64,000 bases of DNA from Octopus sinensis (GCF_006345805.1 NC_043012.1:47244001-47308000), one strand, 5' to 3'; positions 24,521-38,689 are shown, counted from the first letter of the stretch. Made by a program: numbers and translations. The notes: a model not told the origin generated them from the letters alone.

Positions 24521-25586
24521 CATACATACATACATACATACACACGCACACACACACACATATATACATACATACGTAGCAGTAAAATTGCATTACACTC
24601 TCTCTCTCTCTTGTCTCTCTGTCTCTCTCTTCTTTCTCTCTGTCTCTCTCTCTCTCTCTCACTGCATGTATGTATTCCTACATAGATAGGTTGAGGGATA
24701 TATATTACTTGATGTGAAAATTTAGTGATTTAAATGAATGTTTTAAAGAAAAGCACGTTGAGAGAGGTCGGGGCATATATATAATACGCAAATGTACATT
24801 GATACATGGTTCCATATATCACATATACAAATATTGAGCGAAGGCATGTATCAAAAGTTTTAGATTCAAAAGAATTAGAGCCCAAAAAGTATCAAAGGAG
24901 AAATTCGACACACACATACGCCCACACACACAAATATATGTATGTATTTATATACGTATGTGTGTGTATGTACGTGTGTATGTGTGTGTATGCGTGCACA
25001 CCACACATATATGTCTCTGTATATCTAAACAAATATGTACACGCACAAACATAAATGATCAGTTTTAAACATTGACGCATGAGTGGTTTGTTGTGCAAAA
25101 CAGCGAATATTGAATAAGATAACAGAAATTGTATATGTTAAATTACAGTATAAAAAATAACCGGCAATCTTTACATAGACGCAAATATCGCGTTAAGATT
25201 TTCAGGAGCTTCATATCAAATAATGAATACATTAAACAGATGGAATTTTGCCTGAGTATACATCAAATATCTGTTATTGAAAAAAAAAGGAAAAGAAAAA
25301 AGAAAACCTGATTCGATATTGGTGATGATATCGTGGAAAACATATCATAATTCTGAGGAATCATTGCACGCATCTGATTCCTTTGAAGATATATTACGGG
25401 AAAGCTAAAGTTACCTAATAAACCAAAATGAACATTAGGTCGGTTCACATTATCTTTACATAACTGGCATTCACCGGGATAAACATGTACAAGGAAATAA
25501 ATCTACTTAGCAGGACGTAAATTACAAAATGTATTCCTATCTTTCCCTATGCTAAAGTCATTTCCTTTCAAATTCCTTTACTTTAG

Positions 25587-25618
25587 TGGGGAACCTGCCT
25601 TTGATGATGCATATCTAG
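25587..25618 (+). CDS. Candidate 32-nt micro-exon (GEPAFDDAYL), product unknown
   Basis: Pyrimidine-rich acceptor tttcctttcaaattcctttactttAG, donor ag|GTATGA, one open frame (phase 2 in, phase 1 out). Confidence 0.33.
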
Positions 25619-27021
25619 GTATGAAAGATGCTCTTTATTAGATTTTAGGAAAAGTGATGAGCTGTTTGCTAAGATCTATAGATTGAATGCATTCCGTAAA
25701 TCGTCCTAATATCACAAAATATGATTTGTTCAATATCGTATCAGTTATGCTGTTAAGAGTTTGTACATATATTTTCTAACCTGCTTTCTCTGAAAGTAAA
25801 TCGTCTGGATCATTAACGATTTAAACCACAGGTAGTAAATTTTATGAAAGCAACATTGAATATTATGAAATGTAAGCTCATCAGGGATGCATGAGTTTTA
25901 TCGATCAATAAATTATATATCATTCGGAGAATAAATATTCTGTAAGATTACGTAAGACACCTAGCCAGCTAATATCAAAGCATATACTTTGAAATTTAAT
26001 TAATGCTTTGAGATTTTATAACCTTAATATTGATTTTTTTGCCAAGAGGTCCACTCGTTTATAGGAGATAAAATAGGAATATGAGATGTTCATGGTCGTC
26101 TCAGAAAGATCAGCAGGCTAAATGAAGTGTATTGATTTCAAATTTGAATAGAAAACAACCCGCTGACTCAGCTTAGCCATATCATTCTCCACATTTCACA
26201 CAATTTCTTAGTCATTCATCTTTTATTATAAATAACATAGATTCCTTTCAATGTCAGATATAGATTACAAACAAATGAGAAATGTAATTTGATTTCAGTA
26301 ATCAGAAACTATTTAATGCACTACGCTTTATTGAAATATTATTTCTATACTGTTCCTATTAATTTAAATAAAATACAACTTTTTACATAAATGATTACCT
26401 GATCGTATATGAAAAAACTCAATAAGAAAATAAAGCTAAATTAAATAGCCAAGAACACAAAATATGGTGGCAAACAAAAAATTTTAAATAGAACATCCTG
26501 AATATTTTCTTCTACATTTTTTACGTAAATGTTCATAGAAAATAGATCCTTTGTAAAATGCCGATACGCAGTACGTGCATACCAGCCAAATTGACTGGAG
26601 TCAAGTGCTTCTAAAATACGATTAGAATATAATTTATTCCGAATATGGAAATATATATATATATCTCCATGTAAAATTTGCAATTGGGTGTTAACTAAGT
26701 ATTTCCCATTTCCTATTCTGAAATATTTTACAGATATAGAATAGGTATATTTTACACCGAAGTTGTATTTTTAAATGGATTTGAATATTATTGTCTTTTT
26801 TTAAAAATCTTGATACAAAAACAGATATCTTCAGGGCTAGAGATGGGCAATAAATAGTATAATATTTAAGATACAATATGGAAGGTTAGTCCAGTTATTG
26901 TCTTTCGGAAATATTAAATTTTTTCAGAAGAAAACTGTTTTATGTAATCTCTGCTATTACTGAATGTTTTGATATTTCGCTATCCGAATAATCGACAATA
27001 TATTGGTGTAAATTCTAAACT

Positions 27022-27352
27022 GTGGAGGCGCAATGCCCCAGGGGTTAGGGCAGCGGACTTGCGGTCGGAGGATCGCGGTTTCGATTCCCAGACCGGGCGT
27101 TCTGTGTGTTTATTGAGCGCAAACACCTTAGCTCCACGAGGCTCCAGCAAGGGGTGGTGGCGGCCCCTGTTCTATTCTTTCGCCCCAACTTTCTCTCACG
27201 TTTTCTTCCTCTTTCTTGAGTAACACTGCGATGGACTGGCGTCCAGTCCAGCTGGGGGCAACACATACGCCATAGAAACCGGGAAACCGGATCCATGAGC
27301 CTGGCATAAATAAAATAAACTAAAATGAGCTTGGCATGAATAAAATTTTAAA
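27022..27352 (+). mobile_element. tRNA-derived SINE family C, full length, with 12-bp TSD
   Basis: Head ggaggcgcaatgccccaggggttagggcagcggac, B-box ggtttcgattcc; TSD aaattctaaact at 27010-27021 and 27353-27364. Confidence 0.88.
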
Positions 27353-28659
27353 AAATTCTAAACTATATTTAATGCAATCCTTCTAAACTTTGAATTGAAA
27401 TGTCGTTGTAGACTGCTTTAATTTTCATTTCTTCAATGTAGATAAGTACATGGGATATAGTTATCGATTATGAAGCGGCCTGGAGTGATTTAAACGACCA
27501 AAGTCATTCTCTACAGACTGCTTATATGTTTTTTACAAAAATCTGCATTCTGAAAAGGAGATAGTGAGTCAGCACTACTTTACTTGCATTACCAAGAACA
27601 TTGTATCCAATAAATCTAGTTATTGTCTTGAAAAAAGGAAACAAAATGGCATTATGTTATCTGCTGTCTGCTATAATATCTTACGTTGTGTCTTTTTTAC
27701 CATTAAATCAATAATCGGAAGTCGATATTAAGTCGCTATCAAGTAGCGAAAAACCAACTATTGTAAGACCACAATACAGACATAATTATCATTTACAACT
27801 CTTTCCTTTCAAAATCACTTGTAAAGGAAATTGATATAAACCCTCTTTCATTGATCATCGATGTTAAATCCTTTCTAGACTGACCAATACGAAAACAATA
27901 TGAAAATAATATAAAACCCTTGTCATCAAGACATTTAGAAATACTTCAAATCTAAAGCTTTTCTGACGCTACTTGAGATGGAAACACAACTTGTGTGATA
28001 TCCTAGACAATTGGAATAATGTTCCTTGTAACAATGAATCTGCTCTAGGTAGTGTTTAAAAAAGCAGTCTGCGATTGCTGTGTGCAATAAACCCTAAGAC
28101 AGACAGCATCAGCTATATAATACTTGTGCAGTTCTTTCTCTCTCTCCCCTTCTCCCTTCTATATGCCAGTCTGTTTGCCTCTGTCTGTCTCTGTCTGCCC
28201 CCTCTCTCTCTCTCTCTGTCATTCTGTCACGTAATGCTTACTACGAACGTTCCTGCTCCTCCAGCTAAGCAACAACGAAACTGCGTATCTGCTAAATCTT
28301 CAAAGCATAGCTTATCCCATTTTAAACGAGTTAGATGGATAAATAGAGAGATATGTATGTATACATGTATGTATACATACATACATATATGTATGTATCT
28401 ATGTATGTATATAAACATATATATATATAACTGTAATATCCGAATAATTGTCACATATATTAGATGAAAATTAGATGAAAAATACACATTTCTTTACAAG
28501 ACTAAAGAATATATTAGAATCCTCGTATAATATTATGTAATACTTTTGCTATAACGATTCTAATATATTTTTTTGTCTTGGAAAACAAATCAGCGTTTTT
28601 CCATCGAATTCCTTTCCTTATATATTCAACCTCATTCAATCATCCACCCTACGTCCTAT

Positions 28660-28724
<65 letters not shown>

Positions 28725-28728
28725 TATA

Positions 28729-29263
28729 CAGGGTGTCCCAAAATATGTATACACTTGCTGCAACAGTCTATCATGCCAGGCATTAGAGAGGACTTTGAAC
28801 AGGAAGAGTTTTATTTCCAGCAAGATGGGGCACCTCCACACTATCATCGCGATATTGGATCCTTTCTTGATGGGATCTTGCCAAACAGGTGGATTGGACG
28901 GAGAGGTTTTGTCGAATACCCTCCACGTTCACCAGACCTCACACCTCTAAACTTCTTTTTATGGGGATACCTAAAGGACAAAGTCTACGCACAGAAACCT
29001 GCAACAGTCGTTCAATTGAGGGCAACCATTGAACATGAATGTACGAATATCCCAAGGGAATTGTTCCATGATGTGTGCCATTCCATCGCTTCGCGTTGTC
29101 AGCAGTGTCTGGAGCAGAAAGGACATCAGTTTGAGAACATGCGATAACAAGACAATAGAATGATATTTGTAAATTCTTTTACATGTTGAAAATTATTCGA
29201 ATTATAATAAACCCCAAATTTACAATTATTTAAGTTGTTTATACATTTTTTTGGTACACCCTA
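28729..29263 (+). mobile_element. Internally deleted rosa/DD41D-type Tc1/mariner element with both TIRs
   Basis: TIRs cagggtgtcccaaaatatgtatacac / gtttatacattttttggtacaccct in (TA)n; ORF 28755-29147 FQQDGAPPH...PPRSPDLTPLNFFLWGYLKDKVY, with 41 residues between the second D and the third catalytic position (N here). Confidence 0.9.
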
Positions 29264-30433
29264 TATATATATATATTATATATATATATATATATATATG
29301 GTGTACTGTTCTGTGTCGGTAAGATCAACAAAAGAATTACTCCGTCTAGTGAGTGATAAATTTTATTTAATAAACACAATACATGTTGTCTATGTGGTAC
29401 GATGTGTTTTGTGTGGGCAATGTCTGCAGACGTGTAATTAAAACAATGTTTAGCATGCTCTCAACACATGAAACGCTTAGTAGCACATAAAAACCTATTG
29501 TGAATATCACAAATGTGAATCGCCTAGAACCATTCAGGTCTAAATATATAGCAAAATTTATTACACTTACGGAAATAAGTTAAGTTTAAACGAAGTACAA
29601 ATAAATTGGTATTTGAACAGTATCGCTATTCCAATCTTCCGATGCATATATCTGGGTCTCAGAGTGTTTCAACTATTTCTGTACCTCTTATAAAAAATTT
29701 GCATAATACATTAAGAGTGTAAAATACTAAAGTCTCAAACACTGAATTTAGTTTATTCGAAATAGTATGAGAGAAGAGAATTCGCCCATAGAAAAAGGTA
29801 AATAAAACACACTAAAATATTTGTCACTGTATGCTATTTGTGAATGAGTCTTTAAATTCTGTGATTCCAGAAGCTGTTCAGAGTGGGCACGCACCATTTA
29901 ATTTTGATAGCTTTTATACATTGAGTGATCTCTTAGAAAACTGCGTTATCCATGCAATACTAAAATCCGTTGGATAGACATAAATCTAGATATATGTCAA
30001 TATTGTGAAAGTAAGCATTTATGTTCATGCATAGAGATCTACGCTGGGATACTCGCGGTGCGTATGCCTGTGTTTCAATATTGATATATACAGCCTGCGA
30101 TGTATAGCGAAGTAAATGTCTTTTCTGTCTTAGAAAAAGTAACCTGCATGAAAAAATATTGTATACAAAGATTTCCTCGTTCCATTAAATTATATTGTAT
30201 ATGCGCATAGTTGGAATGTAATTTCTATTAATCTTCAACTCATATCGCAAATTTGATGGTTGAAATATGTAACACAATGATAGTTTAACATCTCTAATTT
30301 GGTATTTAAAATAACGATGCAAATTTGGCAATGCATTGCCAATAAATACTATAGCGGGCATTGTAGCATTGAGAACACTGGAAATCAGTATATTACACTC
30401 TTCAAGCAAATTAAATGGTTTTATTTCTTTCAG

Positions 30434-30513
30434 ATCCCCATTGGCAGATAAAATACTAACACAAGAAATGAAGTCAGAAGAAATACAGCCTACATCGCCA
30501 TATTTTCGCAACA
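30434..30513 (+). CDS. Candidate 80-nt host exon (SPLADKILTQEMKSEEIQPTSPYFRN), product unknown
   Basis: Acceptor ttttatttctttcAG, donor aca|GTAAGA, only one open frame (phase 2 in, phase 1 out). Confidence 0.38.
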
Positions 30514-30539
30514 GTAAGATTTTGGAACTCTAAGATTTA

Positions 30540-31470
30540 GAACTTGTCACCATTCTAAATATTGCAGATTCTTTTGTATGTATACTTCGGATGGAAGCTT
30601 CCGACGGGAAAATTTCAAGTATAACATTGAGAAGACAAACGTTCTAAACTTTGTGACAATTCATTCAACGGGTTCAAATCATCATCGAGGATTATCTCGG
30701 AAAACAAATGAGTCATCACCATAGAAATCAATCACTGGAGTAACCATCAGAATTGCGGTGCACGAGGGCATTCGACGTAATTCGTACGTATTGAAGAAAA
30801 GCCTATTTCTGTCTATAGAAACCCAGGAAAACTATATGGTCTGTACCATGAGGCTAATAAACAAGGTTAGAAACCCTTAACATCATGGAATGCCTTGGTC
30901 ATACTATGACGAGAAAAAATGTGGCGAGGGCCAAAAGACTAACTGGAAATGAAAAATAATTAAGTGCAGACCTCTGTGATATTACAAATTTAATTTTCCA
31001 GCAACTGTGATAGTTTGTAAAGGGGGAAGTAACGAAGACCGTGTCATACGACAACATATGTTTCTGCAGCGTTGTAGAGGTAATGCTGACGGATACATTT
31101 AGATGCTGGATTTAGTTGTTAAGCCTTGGTTGGCTAAAGTAGACAGTAGGTCATGTGTCATAATAAACCTTGACGTTATACCAAAATTGAATTCCCGAAA
31201 ATTTTTAGATCAAGTTACAAGAATTATGTGTCACAAGATTTAAATTCGATGTTAGTATCGTTATTGAAAAATCAATGACCTCGCACTTACATAGCTTCAG
31301 AAACGTCACCGTTATACTGGTGATGTCCGCAAAGAATTAGAGCAAGGTGGTGCAGTCATGCCGTTGTTCTGCATGGAAGCTCAAGGCGAATTCGCAGAAT
31401 AATCTTATTGGAAAGCTTGTTGAGGACATGCTCCCAAATTTTTTATTGAAACACTTTTGGATTTTGTTAG
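30540..31470 (+). mobile_element. Degenerate maT/DD37D-like Tc1/mariner transposase remnant
   Basis: TIRIAVHEGIRRNSYVLKK, YYDEKK (FSDEK position), FPATV, NADGYI*MLDLVVKPW; many lesions, so the catalytic spacing is not countable. Confidence 0.6.
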
Positions 31471-32124
31471 ATTATAGTTGCTGCAATTAACTAATTAATG
31501 AATTAATTAATTACAGAATATGTCCTCAAGCACCGTTCTCCATGACGCCATGTATCTGAAACATCAATATATTCAAGATATCGTTAAAGAAATCCTTTTT
31601 TTTTTAGTTTCAAATTCTTCAGACTTCATAGATTTCAAAAATTAAAAATTTTAATATTTCAGGTATACCCAACGGAGGATTATGCTTGAGTCGCCTCTCA
31701 TTTTTCTATCTCAGTAAAGAAACACTTCTGTGTGTATAAAGCATTTCCTGCGGCAATTAACTCATTTCAAATTACACGCACCATGCTATATAGAAACCTA
31801 CTTTATTTATCTTATAATGAATCCGTCTTTATTAGAGTCTCATAAATTATTATGGAATAACGTTTTTCCTTGAGAATATTCACTTTCAAATAAATTTCCA
31901 AATGAAATTTAATACATCATCATTATTAGCAATAATATTTTTATCATTGTCATATTCTACTTCCTTGGGAAATTAATACTCATCATCATTATTTTAATTA
32001 TACGTAATTATCATTCATTATCACTATATATCTTCTTAACTGCTTCCGTCTATTACTGTATTTACTATATAAACTGAGCTTGAGATATTTATCATTATCT
32101 ATTTTGTAGGTCTGTCTGTTTATC

Positions 32125-32400
<276 letters not shown>

Positions 32401-32734
32401 CACATTCATACACGCATTCGAAATTATATATATATATATATATATGGGATGCATGTGAATGTATGTGTGTAAGTTAGTCAGAAACTGAGAGAGGATGCAG
32501 AAAAGAGAGAAGACGATAGATAGAATATTCTATCAATGATAATTACGTATTAAATTTTTATATGTTCAATAAATCAAGTAACATTAAAACACCGTAACAT
32601 TGAAGATAATATCAATTATACCTACTCTCTAATTAATTGGAATTTTGCTGTAATTGCATACATACATGTGTGTGAGTGTGTAGGTGTAAGACTGTCTAAT
32701 GATCATACACATCATACACAAACACATCCGCATA

Positions 32735-32803
32735 TGTATGTATGTATGTATGAATATATATATATATATATAAATGTGTGTGTTTGTCGGTGTGTATAAA
32801 TAT

Positions 32804-32893
<90 letters not shown>

Positions 32894-32957
32894 CAGACAC
32901 ACATATTTATATATACTCATATATATATATATATGTTTATACGGGTATGTATGTATG

Positions 32958-33031
<74 letters not shown>
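32735..33031. repeat. (TA)n-rich arrays
   Basis: Direct reading. Confidence 0.95.
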
Positions 33032-33034
<3 letters not shown>

Positions 33035-33340
33035 ATATGAGGAGATATAATTGAGAGAGTATGTGTGGGAGAAAAGAAAAGGAGACAAATGATGTGTTTA
33101 TAAATGATGTGTGTATGTGTGTAGGATTTCAATAACGAACATTATTATAATCACACGTATTTTCGAGTGTTTGAAGAAATATATTTTAGAAAGATGTGTA
33201 ATGTATTCACTTTGTCCTTAAATGTTAATTCACTGAGATTTCTTAATTCCATGTCATCCAGACAAAACACTGAATTTGAAAGTTGTACTTTCGTTTCTAA
33301 TTATTGTAGTGAATTATATTGTTTCTCTCAAAATGTTAGC

Positions 33341-33750
33341 AGGAGTGGCTGTGTGGTAAGTAGCTTGCTTACCAACCACATGGTTCCGGGTTCAGTTCCA
33401 CTGCGTGGCATCTTAGACAAGTGTCTTCTGCTATAGCCTCGGGCCGACCAATGCCTTGTGAGTGGATTTGGTAGACGGAAACTTAAAGAAGCCTGTCGTA
33501 TATATGTATATATATATGTATTATGTGTGTGTGTTTGTGTGTCTGTGTTTGTCTCCCTAGCATTGCTTGACAACCAATGCTGGTGTGTTTATGTCCCCGT
33601 CACTTAGCGGTTCAGCAAAAAGAGACCGATAGAATAAGTACTGGGCTTACAAAGAATAAGTCCCGGGGTCGATTGCTCGACTAAAGGTGGTGCTCCAGCA
33701 TGGCCGCAGTCAAATGACTGAAACAAGTAAAAGAGTAAAAGAGAAAGAGT
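33341..33750 (+). mobile_element. tRNA-derived SINE family B (CORE-like), full length
   Basis: aggagtggctgtgtggtaag (A-box), gggttcagttcc (B-box), tcttagacaagtgtcttctgctatagcctcgggcc (CORE-like), tail gtaaaagagtaaaagag. Confidence 0.9.
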
Positions 33751-34204
33751 ATGTGTAAACAAATGAAGTAATATTTATAAAATTTCATCTTCTTACAAGG
33801 CACAAAGACCCCTCCATGGGGACTTAACATCTACAACTTAGTAATTTTATCTAAGCAAAGACGAATACAGATGTACTCTCGGAAGCTGTGGGTTCACCCG
33901 AGCATAAAAGATGGGCATTATTTGTAATTCAATGGTACAACAGTGTAAGAATTTGCTTTGAGATACATTTAGATTGTGATTTCAGCAATTTGCTGCATAA
34001 ATTGCCAAGTAAATGAGAGGCATATTTGACCCAACAGTTTCAGTTGCAAAGTGTTGAGTAAAGTTATTTGGTTGCAGACCTCCTTTCAGTCTTATTATTA
34101 TCGCTGGGTCACACATAGTCCCTAGATGTTAACATTGATTTCAAGGCCGCCTCAGATGAGTGACTGGTTATTCAAAGTCATTTCTAGATTTATTCTATCC
34201 AGTT

Positions 34205-34355
<151 letters not shown>

Positions 34356-34829
34356 ATCTATGAAAAAGAAGAACGAAAATGCTACTTTCTTAGAATTGGG
34401 CACATTTTAATTTTCTTTATGTAAATACATTAAAAAAAAGAAAGGTTTGGTTTTGTTTTACACTTTTCAAAAATATGTACTAAAATGGAATATGTAAAGA
34501 GAAAAGGGCTATTAATAAAATAGAATTAAAATTAAAATTAAAATAAGCATTCTAAGTTTACTTTCCTTTTTCTTGCAAGAGCACATGTTAATTTCCGTTA
34601 CTTTTCGTGGCATGACAAGTTGTACTGACTGTGACGGCAAATGATTACTATCTGTAATGGTAAATTAAATAGTCATTATTAGCAGACCGCACTTATGTCC
34701 ACTTACCGAGGATAGCAGAAGAACGGGAGAAGTGGCGAAATTTGGAAGTGATATCAAGGAATTCTCCAACGTCCACACTCAGGCACGTCAGATGTTCCTT
34801 TTCACAGAAGACAACTGAACGCATCGAGC

Positions 34830-35374
34830 AGAGACCATGCACCCATGTCTCATCACAAGTGATGATGGCATTCGTGGTCTTTGACAGCCAAACATCTGAG
34901 TGATTTCCAAGCACTTTAGCGATGGATTTCGCGAACACTCTCTGCATGCACAAATCCTCTGTTAACATGGAATACACTGATCCTGTGTTTATTCCCACTT
35001 CAGGAGTAGCTTCCAGGATTTTTGCGCCAAGACCATTCACCGAAACTTCACAATCGGTTCCCAGTTTCAGCTTGATGATGGCCGTCCTGAGGGAGCGTCG
35101 CTGTCAACTAAGTGCGTCCATGTTTGTAGCACAATTTAATTATAATTTTACCCATGTCATCATCGGCAAAGATCGTCTGAATCTTCTGGAAGGTTTGAGC
35201 ATAATTATCATCAATCTCTTGGCAAAACGTGATGCAGTATCTCTGCTTAATGCGCCTAATGAAAACGAAAATCCGACGAACATACACTACACGCTTGCAT
35301 ACCAAAGAATTTTGACTTGGACTATTAGTTTTGGAGAGAAAAAATAGCGTCGGATACTTTCTGAACGCACCGCG
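34830..35374 (-). mobile_element. mariner transposon 5' half, degenerate
   Basis: TA|cgcggtgcgttcagaaagtatccgac TIR at 35349-35374; IKQRYCITFCQ, SVYSMLTEDLCMQRVFAK, IITCDETWVH. Confidence 0.8.
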
Positions 35375-35994
35375 TACATATATGTAAATGGAGTCAGTCA
35401 ATTGTTTAGGAATCCAATACCTACAGTTGTCTTTGCAATATGTTAGTAGTTTAGAAATTATTATATATCCATTATACATCGAAATAAGTTATTACTGTAT
35501 TGTATATTTTAGTGGGTGAAATAAAATATAAAGGATGCATTGCAAGTTAAAGTATACACTGAAAATAGGGCATTAAATCGTTGCTAGCGATATTGGTAAT
35601 GATTTTGTGTGTTTGTGTGTGTGTTTCTAAAGTGTATGTATCAATATATTTAATTCGAAAGTGTTGCGTGTGCATCAATTTGAAGATGTGTAATTATAGA
35701 GAAATTCAAATTTGTTAGCAAAGATGTGTGTCATTAGCATCAGTTCCTTGATGTTATCTAGCGACAGTGTCACCGACAGAAGCAACGATTTCATTCTCAA
35801 TAATAGTTTGGTAGCTAACAAGAGCAGCTGAATTTTTCCACTGGGAAAAGCTTGAAAGCACAACTTTATTTATCTTTCTTGAAAGATGCAAATATACAGT
35901 TCAAATATTAAAGATGCATTTATGAAATTGCTTTCAAATAAAGAATTGATAATATTGTGTCTTTTCTTAGAGCCAAATTCAAAAGGTAAAAAGC

Positions 35995-36018
35995 AATATC
36001 TATCTATTTATCTATCTA

Positions 36019-36064
<46 letters not shown>

Positions 36065-36186
36065 CATGTATGTATGTATGCGTGTGTATATCTATCTATC
36101 TATCTATCTATATATCTATCTATCTATCGATAAATCTATCTATCTATCTATCTACATATATATATACATACATATATATATATATA

Positions 36187-36220
<34 letters not shown>
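35995..36220. repeat. (TATC)n/(TA)n/(TATG)n arrays
   Basis: Direct reading. Confidence 0.95.
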
Positions 36221-36221
<1 letters not shown>

Positions 36222-37564
36222 TTTATATCTTATTCGAATCCAGTATTTCAATGCACATCGTTGATTATATTGTAATATATATTGAATTTATTTGATATTC
36301 TTATATTTTGGATATGATGCACAAATATATCCAATAAACCTACTGCAAAACTTCGATTTTAATTTTTGATTATATTCTGGCGAGTATTAACATTAGAAGA
36401 GTTCATATATTGTCCTACCCATTCCCACGTTGTGCGATCAAATCCGCGCAGGTTATTCATTGTTTCTATATTATTGTACAAATTATTTTATACAAATTTA
36501 TATTTTCATAAATGTCGTAGACACAGTTTTGGTAATTTAACGCAAATTTCTTTTCTCAGAGTATGCGTACCTCTACGTGAAATACAAAATTAGAAATTTT
36601 ACGTTTCTTTCAAGATATATGATTTTAAAATATACATATTTCTGGGCTGTACATGAATCATGTATTGTAAAGTATTATCTAACTAAAAGTACAAATAAAT
36701 AAGGCAAAATGTACTAAGGTATTTCCGAGGTGAAAGTTTAATTCGATAACAGTTTAATACATTTTTAAGATGTAACATAGTACAATATGTGTAAGAACAT
36801 ATATGTATCGACAAACAGGCGCGTGACATAAAACCAAATGCTGAAAATTCAGTAGTTTTTTGTCTTTTTTGTGCCACCTTTTATTTTCTCTAAATTAAGT
36901 CATAGATTCCGGAACGAGATTATATGCAATGCAATTTTGGTTAAATGTTAGTATAGCATGAAGCATCAAGTCTAACTGGCGATAGCCTGCGTTAGTTCTT
37001 AAAATCATGATTTTTGGATAAATTCATTTACAAAGTTGAACATAAAGCGAAATATCTTTTTGAGTGAGATAACACTTGTTCTAAAATGGGGAGTTTTCAT
37101 CTAGTACTGTTAATATAGAAATTAGTAAAAACACTTTACATGGAAGTTGCTGAATATGCGGAGCAGATATAGGAAGAATATTTTTAGAAAGAAAATATTG
37201 TAAATCAAAAAAGAGGATATTTAGTTTCATGTTGGTCGGGGTCAGTGTACACACTCACGAAGTGTTATACGTGGGCACTGGAAATCATTCATGAACTAAA
37301 CAAAAGTATATGCCTGTCTCCTACGAAACTGGTATCATTGGTCCTTTTTCTAATGTTACGTGTTAGGTTGTATGTAAGATAATGATTATCGCAGTATAAA
37401 AGATGTTTGGAAATATTTAGCAAAAATAAGATGAAAAGTATTTAAAATAGGTCAAAAGATAAGAAGTGTTATTTAATGAGTTAACAGTCAAGGGAAATGT
37501 ACTGAATTAACAATATTAAGCATACATTTTACAGTAATATACAATATTTTATTAAGTGGTAAGT

Positions 37565-37660
37565 TGGTTTGTCTTTCATCCTTTCGGGGTCGATAGATTA
37601 AGTACCAGTTGCGTACTGGGATCGATCTAATCGACTGGGCTCCCTCCCCCAAAATTTCCA
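37565..37660 (+). mobile_element. 5'-truncated SINE family A (tail type 2) fragment
   Basis: tttgtctttcatcctttcggggtcgat...atcgactgggctcccctcccccaaaattt. Confidence 0.8.
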
Positions 37661-37828
37661 CGGGTACCACTAGTAAAACTACACATTTAAAATGATGTAA
37701 TTATTCAATTACTTGATGAATTAATGTATTGTAGCATGGAGAATCAGGGAAAATTAATGAATGACTTTGATTTTACATCATACCCTTGCACCAATAAGGA
37801 ATCCATAAGGAATTATTTATCAAAAGTA

Positions 37829-38389
37829 TGGCGGCGAGCTGGCAGAATCGTTAGCACGCCGGGCGAAATGCTTTGTGGTATTTCGTCCGCCGCTGCGTTC
37901 TGAGTTCAAATTCCGCTGTGGTCGACTTTGTCTTTCATCCTTTCGGGGTCGATAAATTAAGTACCAGTTACGCACTGGGGTCGATATAATCGACTTAATC
38001 CACTTGTCTGTCTTTGTTTGTCCTCACTGTGTTTAGCCCCTTGTGGGTAGTAAAGAAATACGTATTTTGTCTGTCTTTACCATCTGAGTTCAAATTCCTC
38101 CGAGATCGACTTTGACTTTAATCCCTTCGGGGTCAATAAAGTATGTACCAGCTGCGTACTGTGGTCGATCTAATCGACTGGCCCATTCCCCCAAAATTTC
38201 GGGCCTTGAGCCTAGAGTAGAAAAGAATATTCTTGCGTAAATTTTCTTCAGAACATACAAGGTCCTTTTAACATTTAAAATTTTTGAAATGAAAATACTA
38301 TTTTGTATAGAACGTAATTCTTATCAATAAATTTCGATTAAACAATGGGCTTAGAGCGGCTGAAATACAGTAATGACAGCAATTCCTAT
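37829..38389 (+). mobile_element. Composite SINE family A: head + core + tail 1, then headless core + tail 2 + 3' extension
   Basis: Two cores (37925-37990 and 38110-38180); extension 38230-38389 is homologous to 9215-9338. Confidence 0.88.
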
Positions 38390-38689
38390 TTTAGAAATAG
38401 CGATAGTATTTAAGGCTCTTCATTGATCGCAATAATTATCTCACTTAGATTCGTCAACATGTAGGGGAGTTTATGTACAGTGGTATTTTCGGAGTACCTT
38501 AATTTAGAAAAATTAATTTCAGAAGGCAAACTAGGATTATAGCAAGAACTTATCATTCATATTTAACTAATTACTTCTGAGATACAATATATCAAATTAA
38601 GTATCTTATTTCCTTAGGTACCATTTCTATATATGTATATGGTTCTCTCGGTAGACTCATGTTTCCTCCTTTCAGCTAGTCAACTACAC

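Noticed and set aside
27968-28057. WNNVPC resembling a C-type lectin WND-x-C motif
   Set aside because: The open frame is only ~29 codons, the donor is weak (gtagtg) and there are no other lectin motifs nearby.
34922-35347. 141-aa + strand ORF (also 59567-59935, 43139-43528, 4663-5154)
   Set aside because: These are antisense shadows of transposase or LINE coding sequence on the opposite strand.
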